64,000 nt of DNA from an archaeon (GTDB lineage: Archaea > Nanobdellota > Nanobdellia > SCGC-AAA011-G17 > GW2011-AR20): positions 2,703 through 66,702 of the forward strand of contig JAZDEO010000028.1 in the NCBI GenBank assembly GCA_043808705.1, read 5' to 3'. The notes under the pieces were generated by a model that was not told the origin of the DNA, ran no database searches, and worked only from the letters and a program-made list of their open reading frames with translations. Every line of letters starts with the position of its first letter. The first letter of the stretch is position 1. The translations under genes and the position numbers were made by a program. This document shows, piece by piece, positions 8,875-18,529 of the stretch.

Positions 8875-9556
8875 TTTCTTCCTTTACTTCTTTTTTTATC
8901 TCTTCTTTTTTATCTTTTTTATCGCTTTCTTTTGGATGTTTTAATTCTTTCTCTTTGAATTTTGTGTTTTGTTTCTGTTCTTTTTTCTCTTTTTCTTGTT
9001 TACCTTTTATTGGTTTCTTTTTTTCTTTTTTATCTGCTTTTTCTTCTTTAAATCTTTCTTTATGATCAGGGTTGCTTAAAGCTGATTTTGGGTTAAAGAT
9101 TATTTTGTTTTCTTCATCCCTTAAAACTATATAGGAAGGTGAGGTAATCCTTTTTCCATCTATAAGAATATGACCATGAGTTATAAACTGTCTCGCTTGT
9201 TTTACAGATCTTGAAAGACCTTTCTTAAAAACAATTGTTTGTAATCTTCTTTCTAAAATGCTTTTTAATGTTAAACTTAAAACTTCATCAAATGTTGCGT
9301 TTTTTTCAACTAATCCTAATTTATATAATTTGTTTACTAATTGTTCTTCTTCTTTTTTTGACTGTATTGTTTTTAAACTAATAAGCCTTTTTGCCTGTCT
9401 GGTATATTTTCTAAGTAATGATTGTTGTTTCCAAATCTCTTTTTTATTTTTTAAGGCATATTCTTTTTTTATCTCTCTTTCTTGTTCTATCCTTGTTCTC
9501 TGCCATGGATGTAATGGCTTACTATATTTTTTTCTTATTTTTCTTGGTGCTCCCAT
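8867..9556 (-). CDS. rps4: 30S ribosomal protein S4 (uS4) with a ~60-aa Lys/Glu-rich C-terminal extension
   Basis: S4 core (…[26 protein letters not shown]…) followed by a KE-rich low-complexity tail. Confidence 0.82.
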   Translation of the reverse strand: MGAPRKIRKKYSKPLHPWQRTRIEQEREIKKEYALKNKKEIWKQQSLLRKYTRQAKRLISLKTIQSKKEEEQLVNKLYKLGLVEKNATFDEVLSLTLKSILERRLQTIVFKKGLSRSVKQARQFITHGHILIDGKRITSPSYIVLRDEENKIIFNPKSALSNPDHKERFKEEKADKKEKKKPIKGKQEKEKKEQKQNTKFKEKELKHPKESDKKDKKEEIKKEVKEENG

Positions 9557-9557
9557 T

Positions 9558-10034
9558 TTATGTTTTACCTGCTGATTTTGCAGCCTTTGCTGGCATTACC
9601 CTTTTCTTTTGCACTCCTACACCTTTACCTTTTCTAAAGTGCGATCTTGTTCTCTGACCTCTAACAGGAAGACCCCAAGCGTGTCTTAATCCTTTATATG
9701 ACTTAACCTGTTTTAATCTTTTAAGATCAAACTCTTTTACTAATTTAAGCTTTGAAGTTGTAATGTGCATATCATGACCGGTTTCATAATCTTTTCTTCT
9801 ATTTAACAACCATTTTGGAAGCTTCTCAGGATTTTCTACTAATGTTTCGATTTTTTTTATTTCCTCTTCTGTTAGTGATCCTAATTTTTTGTCTTTATCT
9901 AAATCCAAAAAATTACATATTGCGTTAGCGAACATAAAATCAATACCTTTTATTTTTCTAAGAGAACTGTAAAGCTTTTTATTGCCATCTAGATCTGTAT
10001 ATATTATTCTAACTATGCTTCTTATTTTCTCCAT
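9558..10034 (-). CDS. rps13: 30S ribosomal protein S13 (uS13)
   Basis: …GLRHAWGLPVRGQRTRSHFRKG… S13 signature. Confidence 0.9.
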   Translation of the reverse strand: MEKIRSIVRIIYTDLDGNKKLYSSLRKIKGIDFMFANAICNFLDLDKDKKLGSLTEEEIKKIETLVENPEKLPKWLLNRRKDYETGHDMHITTSKLKLVKEFDLKRLKQVKSYKGLRHAWGLPVRGQRTRSHFRKGKGVGVQKKRVMPAKAAKSAGKT

Positions 10035-10144
10035 GAGAAAATTTTGTATTTAGAGTATTTATAAAGCTTTTGTTAATTTGACTTTAAACAAGAAAAAGAA
10101 AAGTCAAGAAAAGATATCATTTAATAAAAATAATTTAAGAGGTT

Positions 10145-10426
10145 TTATAGATTTATTATGAACGTAATTTTTATGTTAGAGGGATCTATTCTTGCTTTAA
10201 CTCTTCCGTTTTCATATTCTAATAAATTATTATAAATTGTTCTATATTCTTCAAACCTATTTATTAAATCATCCAGAATAGGTATTCCTATATTATATTC
10301 TTGTCTCTGACTTTTTATACCAAAATCTGGTTTTTGTTGATGAAATAATGTAGTTGAATGATTGAATGATGTATTTAAAGAATATAAGGCAAATAGTGAA
10401 ACAACTATATTTGGCAATGATTTCAT
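10145..10426 (-). CDS. small secreted/membrane hypothetical protein (93 aa)
   Basis: N-terminal hydrophobic signal-like segment. Confidence 0.3.
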   Translation of the reverse strand: MKSLPNIVVSLFALYSLNTSFNHSTTLFHQQKPDFGIKSQRQEYNIGIPILDDLINRFEEYRTIYNNLLEYENGRVKARIDPSNIKITFIINL

Positions 10427-10429
10427 ATT

Positions 10430-10990
10430 TTAATAAGCAACAAATATCTTATATTTATCCTCATTCTTAAGTTCAGAAATTATTCTTCTGATTATTGTTT
10501 TCTCTGGATCAGGCATTAGCTTGACTCTTTTCTTAATGTCTTCCAGATCTTTAAATAAATTTTCTTCCCTTTTTTCAAGAAGTTCCCACATATGCTTTTT
10601 TCCTATTCCTGGTAATAGTTCAATCTGATGCCTTCTTGTATTTATAGGACCTGCTTTATTAAAGAATTCAATAAATCTTGTTTGATCTTTTTTAACTAAC
10701 TCTTTTATAACATATTCTAATTCTGCTTGAGCTGTTTGTGTTAATTTGTCATAAGATATTCTTCCAAATATATGATGAATCTTATCTCTTTTGCCTTCCC
10801 CTATATAGATCTCTTCATGAGGTTGAAGAAATTGTCCTTTTTTTGGGACTAGTTCTAAAAGAATAAAATGCTCTTTACCGATAGCTTGAGCTATTGGTGT
10901 CTTTAAGTGTGATGGTCTTGTGTCGAATAGATGCCCATTTGGCAGAAAGTCCAGTATTATTACATATTCCTCCTTTACAGCCTGTTTCAT
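10430..10990 (-). CDS. DUF655-family protein with helix-hairpin-helix motif
   Basis: ELLPGIGKKHMWELLE HhH motif; conserved archaeal neighbourhood with rpoF-rpl21e. Confidence 0.5.
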   Translation of the reverse strand: MKQAVKEEYVIILDFLPNGHLFDTRPSHLKTPIAQAIGKEHFILLELVPKKGQFLQPHEEIYIGEGKRDKIHHIFGRISYDKLTQTAQAELEYVIKELVKKDQTRFIEFFNKAGPINTRRHQIELLPGIGKKHMWELLEKREENLFKDLEDIKKRVKLMPDPEKTIIRRIISELKNEDKYKIFVAY

Positions 10991-11019
10991 TTTCTTTGTA
11001 TTTTATTTTATCTTTTTTA

Positions 11020-11361
11020 TTATGCATTTTTCAAAGTGTCTAGTATTTTGCTTAAATCCTCTTGCTTTAAAGTTATGTTTTCAGTACTTAATATTATTTT
11101 TAATGAATCTATGTCTTTTGGATTTATATCAATTATCTTGGCTATATGCTTATCTTTTAAACGAGATATGCTTAATCCATCAAGCGATTTCTTTAATTTT
11201 TCAATATCCTTCCTTGATGTCTTTGTGAATTTTTTTAAATACTCGTATGTTTTTTGAGCCCTAGGACTTAAGTCTTTATCTCTTTTTTTCACTTCATCTA
11301 AACTATCTGCTAATTCAGCCATTGTTAATGGTTTTTCAGATATTACTTCTATGTTTGTCAT
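11020..11361 (-). CDS. rpoF: DNA-directed RNA polymerase subunit F (Rpo4)-like
   Basis: ~110-aa acidic/helical protein; conserved position between rpl21e and DUF655. Confidence 0.5.
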   Translation of the reverse strand: MTNIEVISEKPLTMAELADSLDEVKKRDKDLSPRAQKTYEYLKKFTKTSRKDIEKLKKSLDGLSISRLKDKHIAKIIDINPKDIDSLKIILSTENITLKQEDLSKILDTLKNA

Positions 11362-11471
11362 TTTTATTCTTTTAGATTATTATATTATGATTTTATTATA
11401 TTATGATTGTTATACTTTTAGTATTGTTATGTTTGTATTGTTATGTTTTGGTATCTTCTAGTATTCTAGTT

Positions 11472-11762
11472 TTATACTTTTCTTAAATGAACAGGATGCA
11501 CTATAAACTCTTTATCTTTCTTTCCGTCTTTTATTTCTACTTTATAGCATTCACCGATTTTTTCTTTCACTATGCCTGTTTTTCCATGATACCTTGGATA
11601 ATACATACCATCTTGAATTGCGGGTTCTGCTTTAAATAATACTCGGTCTCCTATTTCTAGTTTCTGGAAATAGTTACTTAAGCTAATTTTGCCTTTTCTT
11701 CTTATATTCTTCTTTAGCTTATTTCTAGTTTTTCTTCTAAATCCGCCTATTCTTTGGGTCAT
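11472..11762 (-). CDS. rpl21e: 50S ribosomal protein L21e
   Basis: …GFRRKTRNKLKKNIRRKGKISLSNYFQ…GDRVLFKAEPAIQDGMYYPRYHGKTG… typical eL21. Confidence 0.85.
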   Translation of the reverse strand: MTQRIGGFRRKTRNKLKKNIRRKGKISLSNYFQKLEIGDRVLFKAEPAIQDGMYYPRYHGKTGIVKEKIGECYKVEIKDGKKDKEFIVHPVHLRKV

Positions 11763-11785
11763 TTTCTAAAAGATAAGTAGGAACT

Positions 11786-12088
11786 TTATAAATCTTGTGG
11801 TATCTGTTCCTCTATTTTTTTAAGGGCTTTGTTTAATGCAAAAAACAGATTGAAATCTGTTACCTCAACATTATAGTTCTTGTTGTCAATCATAATCTTA
11901 GCTGATATCTGTGATTCTGAATTATGAATACTTTTTAGATCAAGTACCAAGCTGTTGAATTCTTTATATCTTGTTTGTATCTTTTTTACGAAGTTTCCAA
12001 CTATTTTTTTGACAACAACAAGCTGTTGAGGCTCTATTGCTTTAAAACCAACTAAATTTATATTACCCCCCAACTCTATGGTTTCCAT
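11786..12088 (-). CDS. hypothetical protein (100 aa); weak RaiA/HPF-like pattern
   Basis: Faint resemblance of N- and C-terminal patterns to the ribosome hibernation factor fold; not reliable. Confidence 0.25.
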   Translation of the reverse strand: METIELGGNINLVGFKAIEPQQLVVVKKIVGNFVKKIQTRYKEFNSLVLDLKSIHNSESQISAKIMIDNKNYNVEVTDFNLFFALNKALKKIEEQIPQDL

Positions 12089-12291
12089 AAAAATGCTCTA
12101 ATTTTAAAGAATAAAAAGGTTTTGTTTTTAACTTGTTTTATTTTAATATGGTAAATTAGCAAGTAAAGACTTTTAATAAATGATAAATGCCCATAAACAC
12201 CCTTTTTATGATAAATCCAAAAATTTTATAAATAAACAAATTTACAAAAAACAGGAATGAGAAAAGGAATGCGTTATTTTCTCAGGTTATA

Positions 12292-12621
12292 ATGAAACAA
12301 ATATTGCCTAGCTTAAAGGAAAAAAATAGATATTTGGTATATAGTGTTAGTGAGGATTTAAGCTTTAATGAGGTGAAAAAGATCATACAAAACAATATAT
12401 TAAGGTTTTTGGGTGAACTTGAAATGGCTAAGGCAAATATACGTATAATGGATGACTTTAAATACAAAAAGGGAATAATAAAAGTAGATAATAAATATAC
12501 TGACAAGTTAAGATCAAGCTTAATATTGATAAAAAGTCCGGTTATACAAACTATAGGTATATCGGGAACATTAAAAAAAGCAAGATTAAAATTTTTAAAA
12601 GAGGGTATAAAGGAGGCCTAA
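12292..12621 (+). CDS. rnp2: RNase P protein component Pop5 (Rpp14/Rnp2)
   Basis: LKEKNRYLVYSV… N-terminus. Conserved first gene of the archaeal exosome/proteasome superoperon ahead of psmA. Confidence 0.6.
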   Translation: MKQILPSLKEKNRYLVYSVSEDLSFNEVKKIIQNNILRFLGELEMAKANIRIMDDFKYKKGIIKVDNKYTDKLRSSLILIKSPVIQTIGISGTLKKARLKFLKEGIKEA

Positions 12622-12624
12622 AAA

Positions 12625-13338
12625 ATGGAATCAATGCAACATCAAATGATGGGTTATGATAGAACTTCCACAATGTTTAGCCCAGATGGAAGGTTATTAC
12701 AAGTAGAATATGCTAAAAAGACTGTAAAACAAGGAACAACCGCTATAGGAATGGTATGTAAAGACGGGGTTTTATTAGTTGCTGATAAAAGGATTACTGA
12801 AGAATTGATTATTCCACAATCTATTGAAAAAGTAAGTCAAATAGATGATCATATAGGAGCTACAGGTTCTGGTATATTATCTGATGGCAGAATTTTAATA
12901 GACAGAGCAAGATTATTGGCTCAACAACATAGGATAACATATGATGGACCTATGGACATATTAAGTTTAGTCAAATATATTTGTGATATAAAACAGAGTT
13001 ATACCCAATTTGGAGGAGCAAGACCCTTTGGTGTTTCTTTACTGATAGCTGGAATCAGTGAAAATCCTGAATTATATGTTACTGATCCTACAGGGATATA
13101 TTTTCAATATAGGGCTACTGCAATTGGTGAGGCTGAAAACGAGATTAAAGAAATTTTAAACAAGGAATATAGAGATTCAATAACTGTAGATGAGGGTTTA
13201 AAATTATGTGTTAGGGCATTAAAAAAGATTTTAGCAAAAGACTTTAACATTAAAAGAATAGATGCTGCCTATATAAAATTAAAAGAAAAGCAGTTCTATA
13301 AACTAAATCAAGAAGAATTAGGAAAATTAGTAAAATAA
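12625..13338 (+). CDS. psmA: proteasome subunit alpha
   Basis: YDRTSTMFSPDGRLLQVEYAKKTVKQGTTAIG… alpha-subunit signature. Confidence 0.9.
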   Translation: MESMQHQMMGYDRTSTMFSPDGRLLQVEYAKKTVKQGTTAIGMVCKDGVLLVADKRITEELIIPQSIEKVSQIDDHIGATGSGILSDGRILIDRARLLAQQHRITYDGPMDILSLVKYICDIKQSYTQFGGARPFGVSLLIAGISENPELYVTDPTGIYFQYRATAIGEAENEIKEILNKEYRDSITVDEGLKLCVRALKKILAKDFNIKRIDAAYIKLKEKQFYKLNQEELGKLVK

Positions 13339-13353
13339 GGAGTATGTTTTAAA

Positions 13354-14046
13354 ATGAATGTTGATGAAGCTGTTACTGCAAAATTAAGCATTTCAGGCAA
13401 TGTATTTGAGATATTGGTAGATTGTGAAAAAGCAATTGAATTTAAAAAAGGGAAGGTAACAGATGTTAATGATGTTATTGTAAGTGATGATATATTTAAA
13501 GATGTTAAGAAAGGAGAACATGCATCTAACTTAAGGAAATTCTTTAATACAGAAGATAAGATAGAGATTTGTAAAAGAATAATTAAAGATGGTGAGATTC
13601 AACTGACTACTGAATATAGAAATAAATTAAGAAATGAAAAAAGAAAACAAGTTATTAATTTAATACATAGAAATGCTATAAATCCTGAAAACAATTTACC
13701 TCATCCTTTAACTAGAATTGAAAGTGCATTAGAACAAGCAAAGGTAAAGATTGATGAATTCAAGGCGGGAGAGGAACAGATAAAAGATATTGTCAATAAG
13801 TTAAGATCAATCTTGCCTATAAGATATGAAGTAAGAATTATTGATTTAAAGATAGGAAGTAAACATTCTGGAAAGTGTTATGGTATATTAAAACAATATG
13901 GAAACATAACAAAAGATGAATGGTTAGATGATGGTAGTTTAAATATTGTAATAGAGGTTCCTGCAGGTTTACAACAAGATATGTTTGATAAACTAAACAG
14001 TGTAACTCATGGAGAGATTGAAAGCAAGATATTAAAGACAGTATGA
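13354..14046 (+). CDS. sdo1: SBDS-family ribosome maturation protein (Sdo1)
   Basis: N-terminal FYSH-domain-like sequence; conserved position in the exosome superoperon. Confidence 0.75.
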   Translation: MNVDEAVTAKLSISGNVFEILVDCEKAIEFKKGKVTDVNDVIVSDDIFKDVKKGEHASNLRKFFNTEDKIEICKRIIKDGEIQLTTEYRNKLRNEKRKQVINLIHRNAINPENNLPHPLTRIESALEQAKVKIDEFKAGEEQIKDIVNKLRSILPIRYEVRIIDLKIGSKHSGKCYGILKQYGNITKDEWLDDGSLNIVIEVPAGLQQDMFDKLNSVTHGEIESKILKTV

Positions 14047-14078
14047 TAAATTATGATAAATGTTAAAGGAGTGTTAGA

Positions 14079-14765
14079 ATGGAAAAAATATTGATAAAAG
14101 ATAAGGACATTGTTGTACCTGGTCAAGAATTGGCCAAAAGTATGGAGTATGTTCCTACAGGCGGATGTTTTAGAGAAAATGATTCAATTATAAGTTTTAG
14201 ATTAGGAATAGCAAGTATAACAGGTCATGTTATAAATGTTATACCCTTAACTGGAAAATATATCCCTAAGGAAGGAGACATTGTTATTGGACGAGTTATA
14301 GATATAGGGTTTAATGGATGGTATTTAGACATGGGATGCTCTTATGACGGCAGTTTAATGATTAAAGATGCTACTGAATTTATAGATAAGGGTGCTGATT
14401 TATCTCAGTTTTATGACTTTAATGAATTGGTTATTGCCAAAGTAGTTAAAATAACAAGATTCTCTAATATAAACTTAAGTACAAAAGGTCCTGGCTTAAG
14501 GAAGATTAAGGGTGGAAAGATTATTGATATAACTCCTAGTAAAGTACCTAGGGTAATAGGAAAACAAGGGAGCATGATTAATTTACTTAAGGAAAATACA
14601 AATTGTAGAATTACAGTTGGCCAGAATGGAAAGGTATGGATACAGGGTGATAATGCTGATGATGAGTTATTGGCAACTGAAACAATATTAAAGATAGAAC
14701 TTGAAAGCCATTTGGATGGCTTGACTGATAAGATAAAAGAATTTTTAGAGAGGAAGAGAAAATGA
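14079..14765 (+). CDS. rrp4: exosome complex RNA-binding subunit Rrp4 (S1 + KH)
   Basis: S1 domain followed by KH (VIGKQGSMINLLKE…); position before rrp41. Confidence 0.82.
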   Translation: MEKILIKDKDIVVPGQELAKSMEYVPTGGCFRENDSIISFRLGIASITGHVINVIPLTGKYIPKEGDIVIGRVIDIGFNGWYLDMGCSYDGSLMIKDATEFIDKGADLSQFYDFNELVIAKVVKITRFSNINLSTKGPGLRKIKGGKIIDITPSKVPRVIGKQGSMINLLKENTNCRITVGQNGKVWIQGDNADDELLATETILKIELESHLDGLTDKIKEFLERKRK

Positions 14766-15481
14766 GAATAAACGGAAGAAAAAATGATGAAATGAGAGAG
14801 ATGGAAGCTAGAGTAGGAATTATTAAGAGAGCTGATGGAAGTGCTTATTTTAGAATAGGGGAAACAATAGCTGTTGCAGCTGTTTATGGTCCTAGAGAAC
14901 TTCATCCAAAATTTTTACAAGATCCTGAAAAAGGTATATTAAGATGCAATTATGACATGATGTCTTTTTCTGTTCCTGAAAGAAAAAGACCTGGTCCTTC
15001 TAGAAGATCTGTTGAGATTTCATTAGTAACTGAAAAATCCCTATTACCTGTTCTGGATTTGAGACAGTTTCCAAATGCAGTAGTTGATGTTTTCATTCAA
15101 ATTGTGCAGGCAAATTCAGGAACAAGATGTGCAGGCATAACAGCAGCATCTATGGCATTAGCACATGCTGGAATACCTATGCATGATTTGGTTAGTGCTG
15201 TTTCTGTAGGAAGAATCAATAATGAGATTGTTATTGATCTAGATAAGGAAGAAGAGGATACTGAAAACGCTACTGATATTCCTTTAGCCTTTACTGGCAG
15301 AAAAAAAGAAATTACTTTGTTACAGCTTGACGGAGATGTTAATAAAGAAGAATTAATGAAGGGTATTGAATTAGCTAAAAAGGGATGCGAAAAAATAAAT
15401 GAAATACAGAGAAAGGCATTAGTGCATTATATTAAGGAAAAGGATGATGTAAAAATAAAAGAAAAGGATAGTGAGGAGTGA
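14762..15481 (+). CDS. rrp41: exosome complex exonuclease Rrp41 (RNase PH-like)
   Basis: RKNDEMREMEARVGIIKRADGSAYFRIGET… RNase PH fold signature. Confidence 0.85.
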   Translation: MRINGRKNDEMREMEARVGIIKRADGSAYFRIGETIAVAAVYGPRELHPKFLQDPEKGILRCNYDMMSFSVPERKRPGPSRRSVEISLVTEKSLLPVLDLRQFPNAVVDVFIQIVQANSGTRCAGITAASMALAHAGIPMHDLVSAVSVGRINNEIVIDLDKEEEDTENATDIPLAFTGRKKEITLLQLDGDVNKEELMKGIELAKKGCEKINEIQRKALVHYIKEKDDVKIKEKDSEE

Positions 15482-16242
15482 AAATGAATAACGAGTACAT
15501 ATTCTCATTAATTGAAAAAAATCAAAGAGTGGATGGAAGAAAATTAGACGAGTATAGAGACATTAAGATTGAAACAAATTTAAGTAAGAATGCAGAGGGT
15601 TCTGCAAAGTGTTCTATTGGAGACACAGAGGTAATTGCAGGTGTTAAATTAGAGATAGGAACACCCTATTCTGATAGCCCTGATGAGGGAACTATTATTG
15701 TAAATGCTGAATTAAGTCCTATGGCTAATCCAAAATTTGAACTAGGGCCTCCTGGAACTTATGCTACTGAATTAGCAAGAATAGTTGATAGAGGCATTAG
15801 AGAAAGCAAGTGCCTTGATTTCAAGAAGCTATGCATTAAGGAAGGAGAGAAGGTATGGATTGTTTTGATAGATCTTTATATTATAAATGATGATGGAAAT
15901 TTGATAGATGCATCTGTACTTGCTGCATTAAACGCTTTAAAGAATACTATATATCCAGGCATTAAAAATGATAAAGTGAATTATAAAGAAAGAACTAAGA
16001 AGAAATTGGAATTAGGGAAGATGCCTGTTACTTGTACTCTTTATATAATTAATAATAAGATATTGATTGATGTTAATACTAAAGAAGAAGAATGTGTTGA
16101 CTCAAGATTAAGTGTTGCTGTCTCAAATGGAAGAATACATGCTTTACAGAAAGGCGGGAATAAAGGTTTAAGTATTAAAGACATTGAAGAAATGATTGAT
16201 ATTGCAATTAAAAAGGAAAAAGAATTGAGAAAATTTGCTTAA
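15478..16242 (+). CDS. rrp42: exosome complex subunit Rrp42 (RNase PH-like, inactive)
   Basis: RNase PH-like domain; overlaps rrp41 stop as is typical. Confidence 0.78.
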   Translation: MKMNNEYIFSLIEKNQRVDGRKLDEYRDIKIETNLSKNAEGSAKCSIGDTEVIAGVKLEIGTPYSDSPDEGTIIVNAELSPMANPKFELGPPGTYATELARIVDRGIRESKCLDFKKLCIKEGEKVWIVLIDLYIINDDGNLIDASVLAALNALKNTIYPGIKNDKVNYKERTKKKLELGKMPVTCTLYIINNKILIDVNTKEEECVDSRLSVAVSNGRIHALQKGGNKGLSIKDIEEMIDIAIKKEKELRKFA

Positions 16243-16269
16243 TTTGCTTAAGGGTAAGGGTGCTTAAAA

Positions 16270-16479
16270 ATGGAAAAGATTGAATTCACAAAATATGAAA
16301 AGGCAAGAATTGTTGGGGCGAGGGCATTACAGATTGCTATGGGTGCTCCCATGCTTCTTAAAATGACAGAAGATGATTTTGAAAGACTTAAATATGATCC
16401 TATTAAGATAGCTAAACTTGAATTTGAAAAGGGTATTGTGCCTATAACAATTAAAAGACCAATGCCAAGTAAGAAATAA
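16270..16479 (+). CDS. rpoK: DNA-directed RNA polymerase subunit K (Rpo6)
   Basis: [22 protein letters not shown]… Rpb6/RpoK signature. Confidence 0.82.
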   Translation: MEKIEFTKYEKARIVGARALQIAMGAPMLLKMTEDDFERLKYDPIKIAKLEFEKGIVPITIKRPMPSKK

Positions 16480-16504
16480 GAAAAAACCTATAAAAAATTC
16501 TAAA

Positions 16505-16888
16505 ATGTCTATAAAATATCGTTGTGATACTGGTATTTTTGAAGTAAGCATAATTTTTAAAAGTAATGGTTTAAGTGAAAATGAACTTGAAGAAAAATGT
16601 AAAAGTGAACTTGAAAAAGAATTTGAGAGAAATTTGAAGATTCATTTTAAAAAGGAATTTAAAAAGGTAAATGTACTAAAAGATACTAAAGTGGTTGATA
16701 TTCAACCACATTGTGATGATGACCATTTTTATGCTACGCTTTCTGCTCAGGTTGAATATAATATAAGGGAAAATAGTTTAATTAGGCCAGAGCCTGTAAT
16801 CTCTTCAAATTATCCTATGAACATAAATAGTGTTAGAATACCAGTAGATCAAAGTTATTCACAAAGAGATGGTTTTGGTGGGTTTTAA
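16505..16888 (+). CDS. hypothetical protein (127 aa)
   Basis: ORF only. Confidence 0.3.
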   Translation: MSIKYRCDTGIFEVSIIFKSNGLSENELEEKCKSELEKEFERNLKIHFKKEFKKVNVLKDTKVVDIQPHCDDDHFYATLSAQVEYNIRENSLIRPEPVISSNYPMNINSVRIPVDQSYSQRDGFGGF

Positions 16889-16977
16889 GGTAAATCTTAT
16901 ACAGTCTTTTGTTACTTATTAGTAATTAAAAATAGAAAGGTTTATAAGGTTTAGATTCTTTATTGTATTGATTTAAA

Positions 16978-17403
16978 ATGGTAAATTATAAAAGGGCTTT
17001 ATTAGGAACACATGGAGAAGATGCTTTAATTAGTGCTTATAGTGAAGCACTTAAAACTTATGGATATAATGTTGACTTAGTTTCTCCTATTAGACAGAAT
17101 GGAATATTACAAGAAGGCCCAGAGGAAGTAAAACAAAGATTGCTTGATACTTTTTTAAAAGCAGAACATTCTGAATATGGTTATGATCTTGTTTTAATGG
17201 ATGCAAACCTTAGTAAACCAGGTAATGAACCTAAAGCAGTTAGAGATTTTTCTTCAAATGATATTGTAAAGGGAAGATTGCAGAAGAAAGATCTTAAATT
17301 AATTTGTTTTTCTGGAAATCCAAGAACTGTAGAACAGGCTAAAAGAGAAGGGTTTGATGCTGTTCTTAATGTAGATTTAGTATCAAACTTAGAGATGTTT
17401 TAG
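16978..17403 (+). CDS. stand-alone receiver (REC/CheY-like) domain protein, atypical acidic pocket
   Basis: …YDLVLMDANL (phospho-acceptor Asp context)…LICFSG… Rossmann-like layout. Confidence 0.4.
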   Translation: MVNYKRALLGTHGEDALISAYSEALKTYGYNVDLVSPIRQNGILQEGPEEVKQRLLDTFLKAEHSEYGYDLVLMDANLSKPGNEPKAVRDFSSNDIVKGRLQKKDLKLICFSGNPRTVEQAKREGFDAVLNVDLVSNLEMF

Positions 17404-17456
17404 TACCTTTAGAACAATAATTTTCTATAGTTTTCTATGGTTTTGGAAGTTAAATA

Positions 17457-18486
17457 GGGGTTGGTGCGAAATTAAAATAAGTTAGTTCTTTTTCTATTCT
17501 CATATGATTCCTGTTGGGGGGTAAGGATTCATAGGAGCAACCAATGAAACGCAAATACCCCAACAAGAAGAAGCGCAAAGGCTTCTGGAAAAGATATGAA
17601 CAAGCTCAAATAAAAGATTATCGGAAAGTATGGGATACTGCTATGAGCTTTATAGCAGAGAAAAGTATTCCATTCACTTTCTCTAAGATTGGAAGAAAAC
17701 CAAACTTAACGAGGAAAGAGTATGTTTGTATGTCTATAACTTATGTTTATTTTGATCTTGATTTCAGAGAATTAGAATATTTAATTGAGTTATTAACTCA
17801 AAAAAGATTAGATCATACTAACTGTGTAAGGTGGTTTGGTAAGTTAGACTTAAATTACATTAATGATATTGTGTTCTCTATACACAAGAAGATTATTGGT
17901 ATAGAAGATGTTGGAGATTACATAACAGACAGCACTAAAGCAACATGCGATCGGCTTAAAATCACAAATGACGGCGGAAAAGATACTTATTATCATATCA
18001 CATGGAAACTTCATGTGATTATACAATACATATTCACTCTAGGTGTGATTAGCGTGATAAGTTTATGGTCTACCAACGGAGAAAGAAGTGAATCTCCCAT
18101 ACTAAGAAACAAACTTCTTAATAAAAAGAAACTGCAAAAATCCAGAAAACTTCATGCAGACAAAGGATATTTTGGGAAAGAGAATATCAAGAAATGCAGA
18201 GAGCTAAACTTGATTCCAAATATAGTGCCTAAGGATCAGATTTACACAGATCCTTATATTAAAAAATACATAAGGAAAGACTATGACAATGAATCCAGAA
18301 AGAATAACAGGGGTTTAGTAGAAGGTTTGTTTGGCGGATTCCAAACAGAAACGGATATGAAAATAAGATGCAGAAAAAATAAACATAGAAATATTTATTT
18401 AGGGTTGCTTGGAGTGAAGCATAACCTAAGATCATACTTAAGAGCAACTGCTTTAAGTATTATTAGGTTATTTCGCACCAACCCCA
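17457..18486 (+). mobile_element. Intact IS element (IS4/IS5-superfamily DDE transposase) with 16-bp terminal inverted repeats and a 9-10-bp target-site duplication
   Basis: Left end GGGGTTGGTGCGAAAT (17457-17472) matches the reverse complement of the right end ATTTCGCACCAACCCC (18471-18486) exactly. Direct repeat AGTTAAATA(G) flanks both ends at 17448-17456 and 18487-18495. Confidence 0.85.
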
Positions 18487-18491
18487 GTTAA
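17544..18491 (+). CDS. DDE transposase (DDE_Tnp_1, IS4/IS5 superfamily)
   Basis: …HADKGYFGKEN… and C-terminal …NRGLVEGLFGGFQ… motifs; the stop codon lies in the flanking duplication. Confidence 0.75.
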   Translation: MKRKYPNKKKRKGFWKRYEQAQIKDYRKVWDTAMSFIAEKSIPFTFSKIGRKPNLTRKEYVCMSITYVYFDLDFRELEYLIELLTQKRLDHTNCVRWFGKLDLNYINDIVFSIHKKIIGIEDVGDYITDSTKATCDRLKITNDGGKDTYYHITWKLHVIIQYIFTLGVISVISLWSTNGERSESPILRNKLLNKKKLQKSRKLHADKGYFGKENIKKCRELNLIPNIVPKDQIYTDPYIKKYIRKDYDNESRKNNRGLVEGLFGGFQTETDMKIRCRKNKHRNIYLGLLGVKHNLRSYLRATALSIIRLFRTNPS

Positions 18492-18529
18492 ATAGAATAA
18501 TTTAAATATCTGAAAATAATTTTAATTTT

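Noticed and set aside
11362-11470. Short tandem AT-rich repeats (TTATATTATGATT ×2, TATTGTTATGTTT ×2) between rpl21e and rpoF; also CTTAGTATTCTTTATTT ×2 at 2714-2755
   Set aside because: Low-complexity slippage repeats in intergenic AT-rich DNA; not CRISPR-like because they are not regularly spaced with unique spacers.
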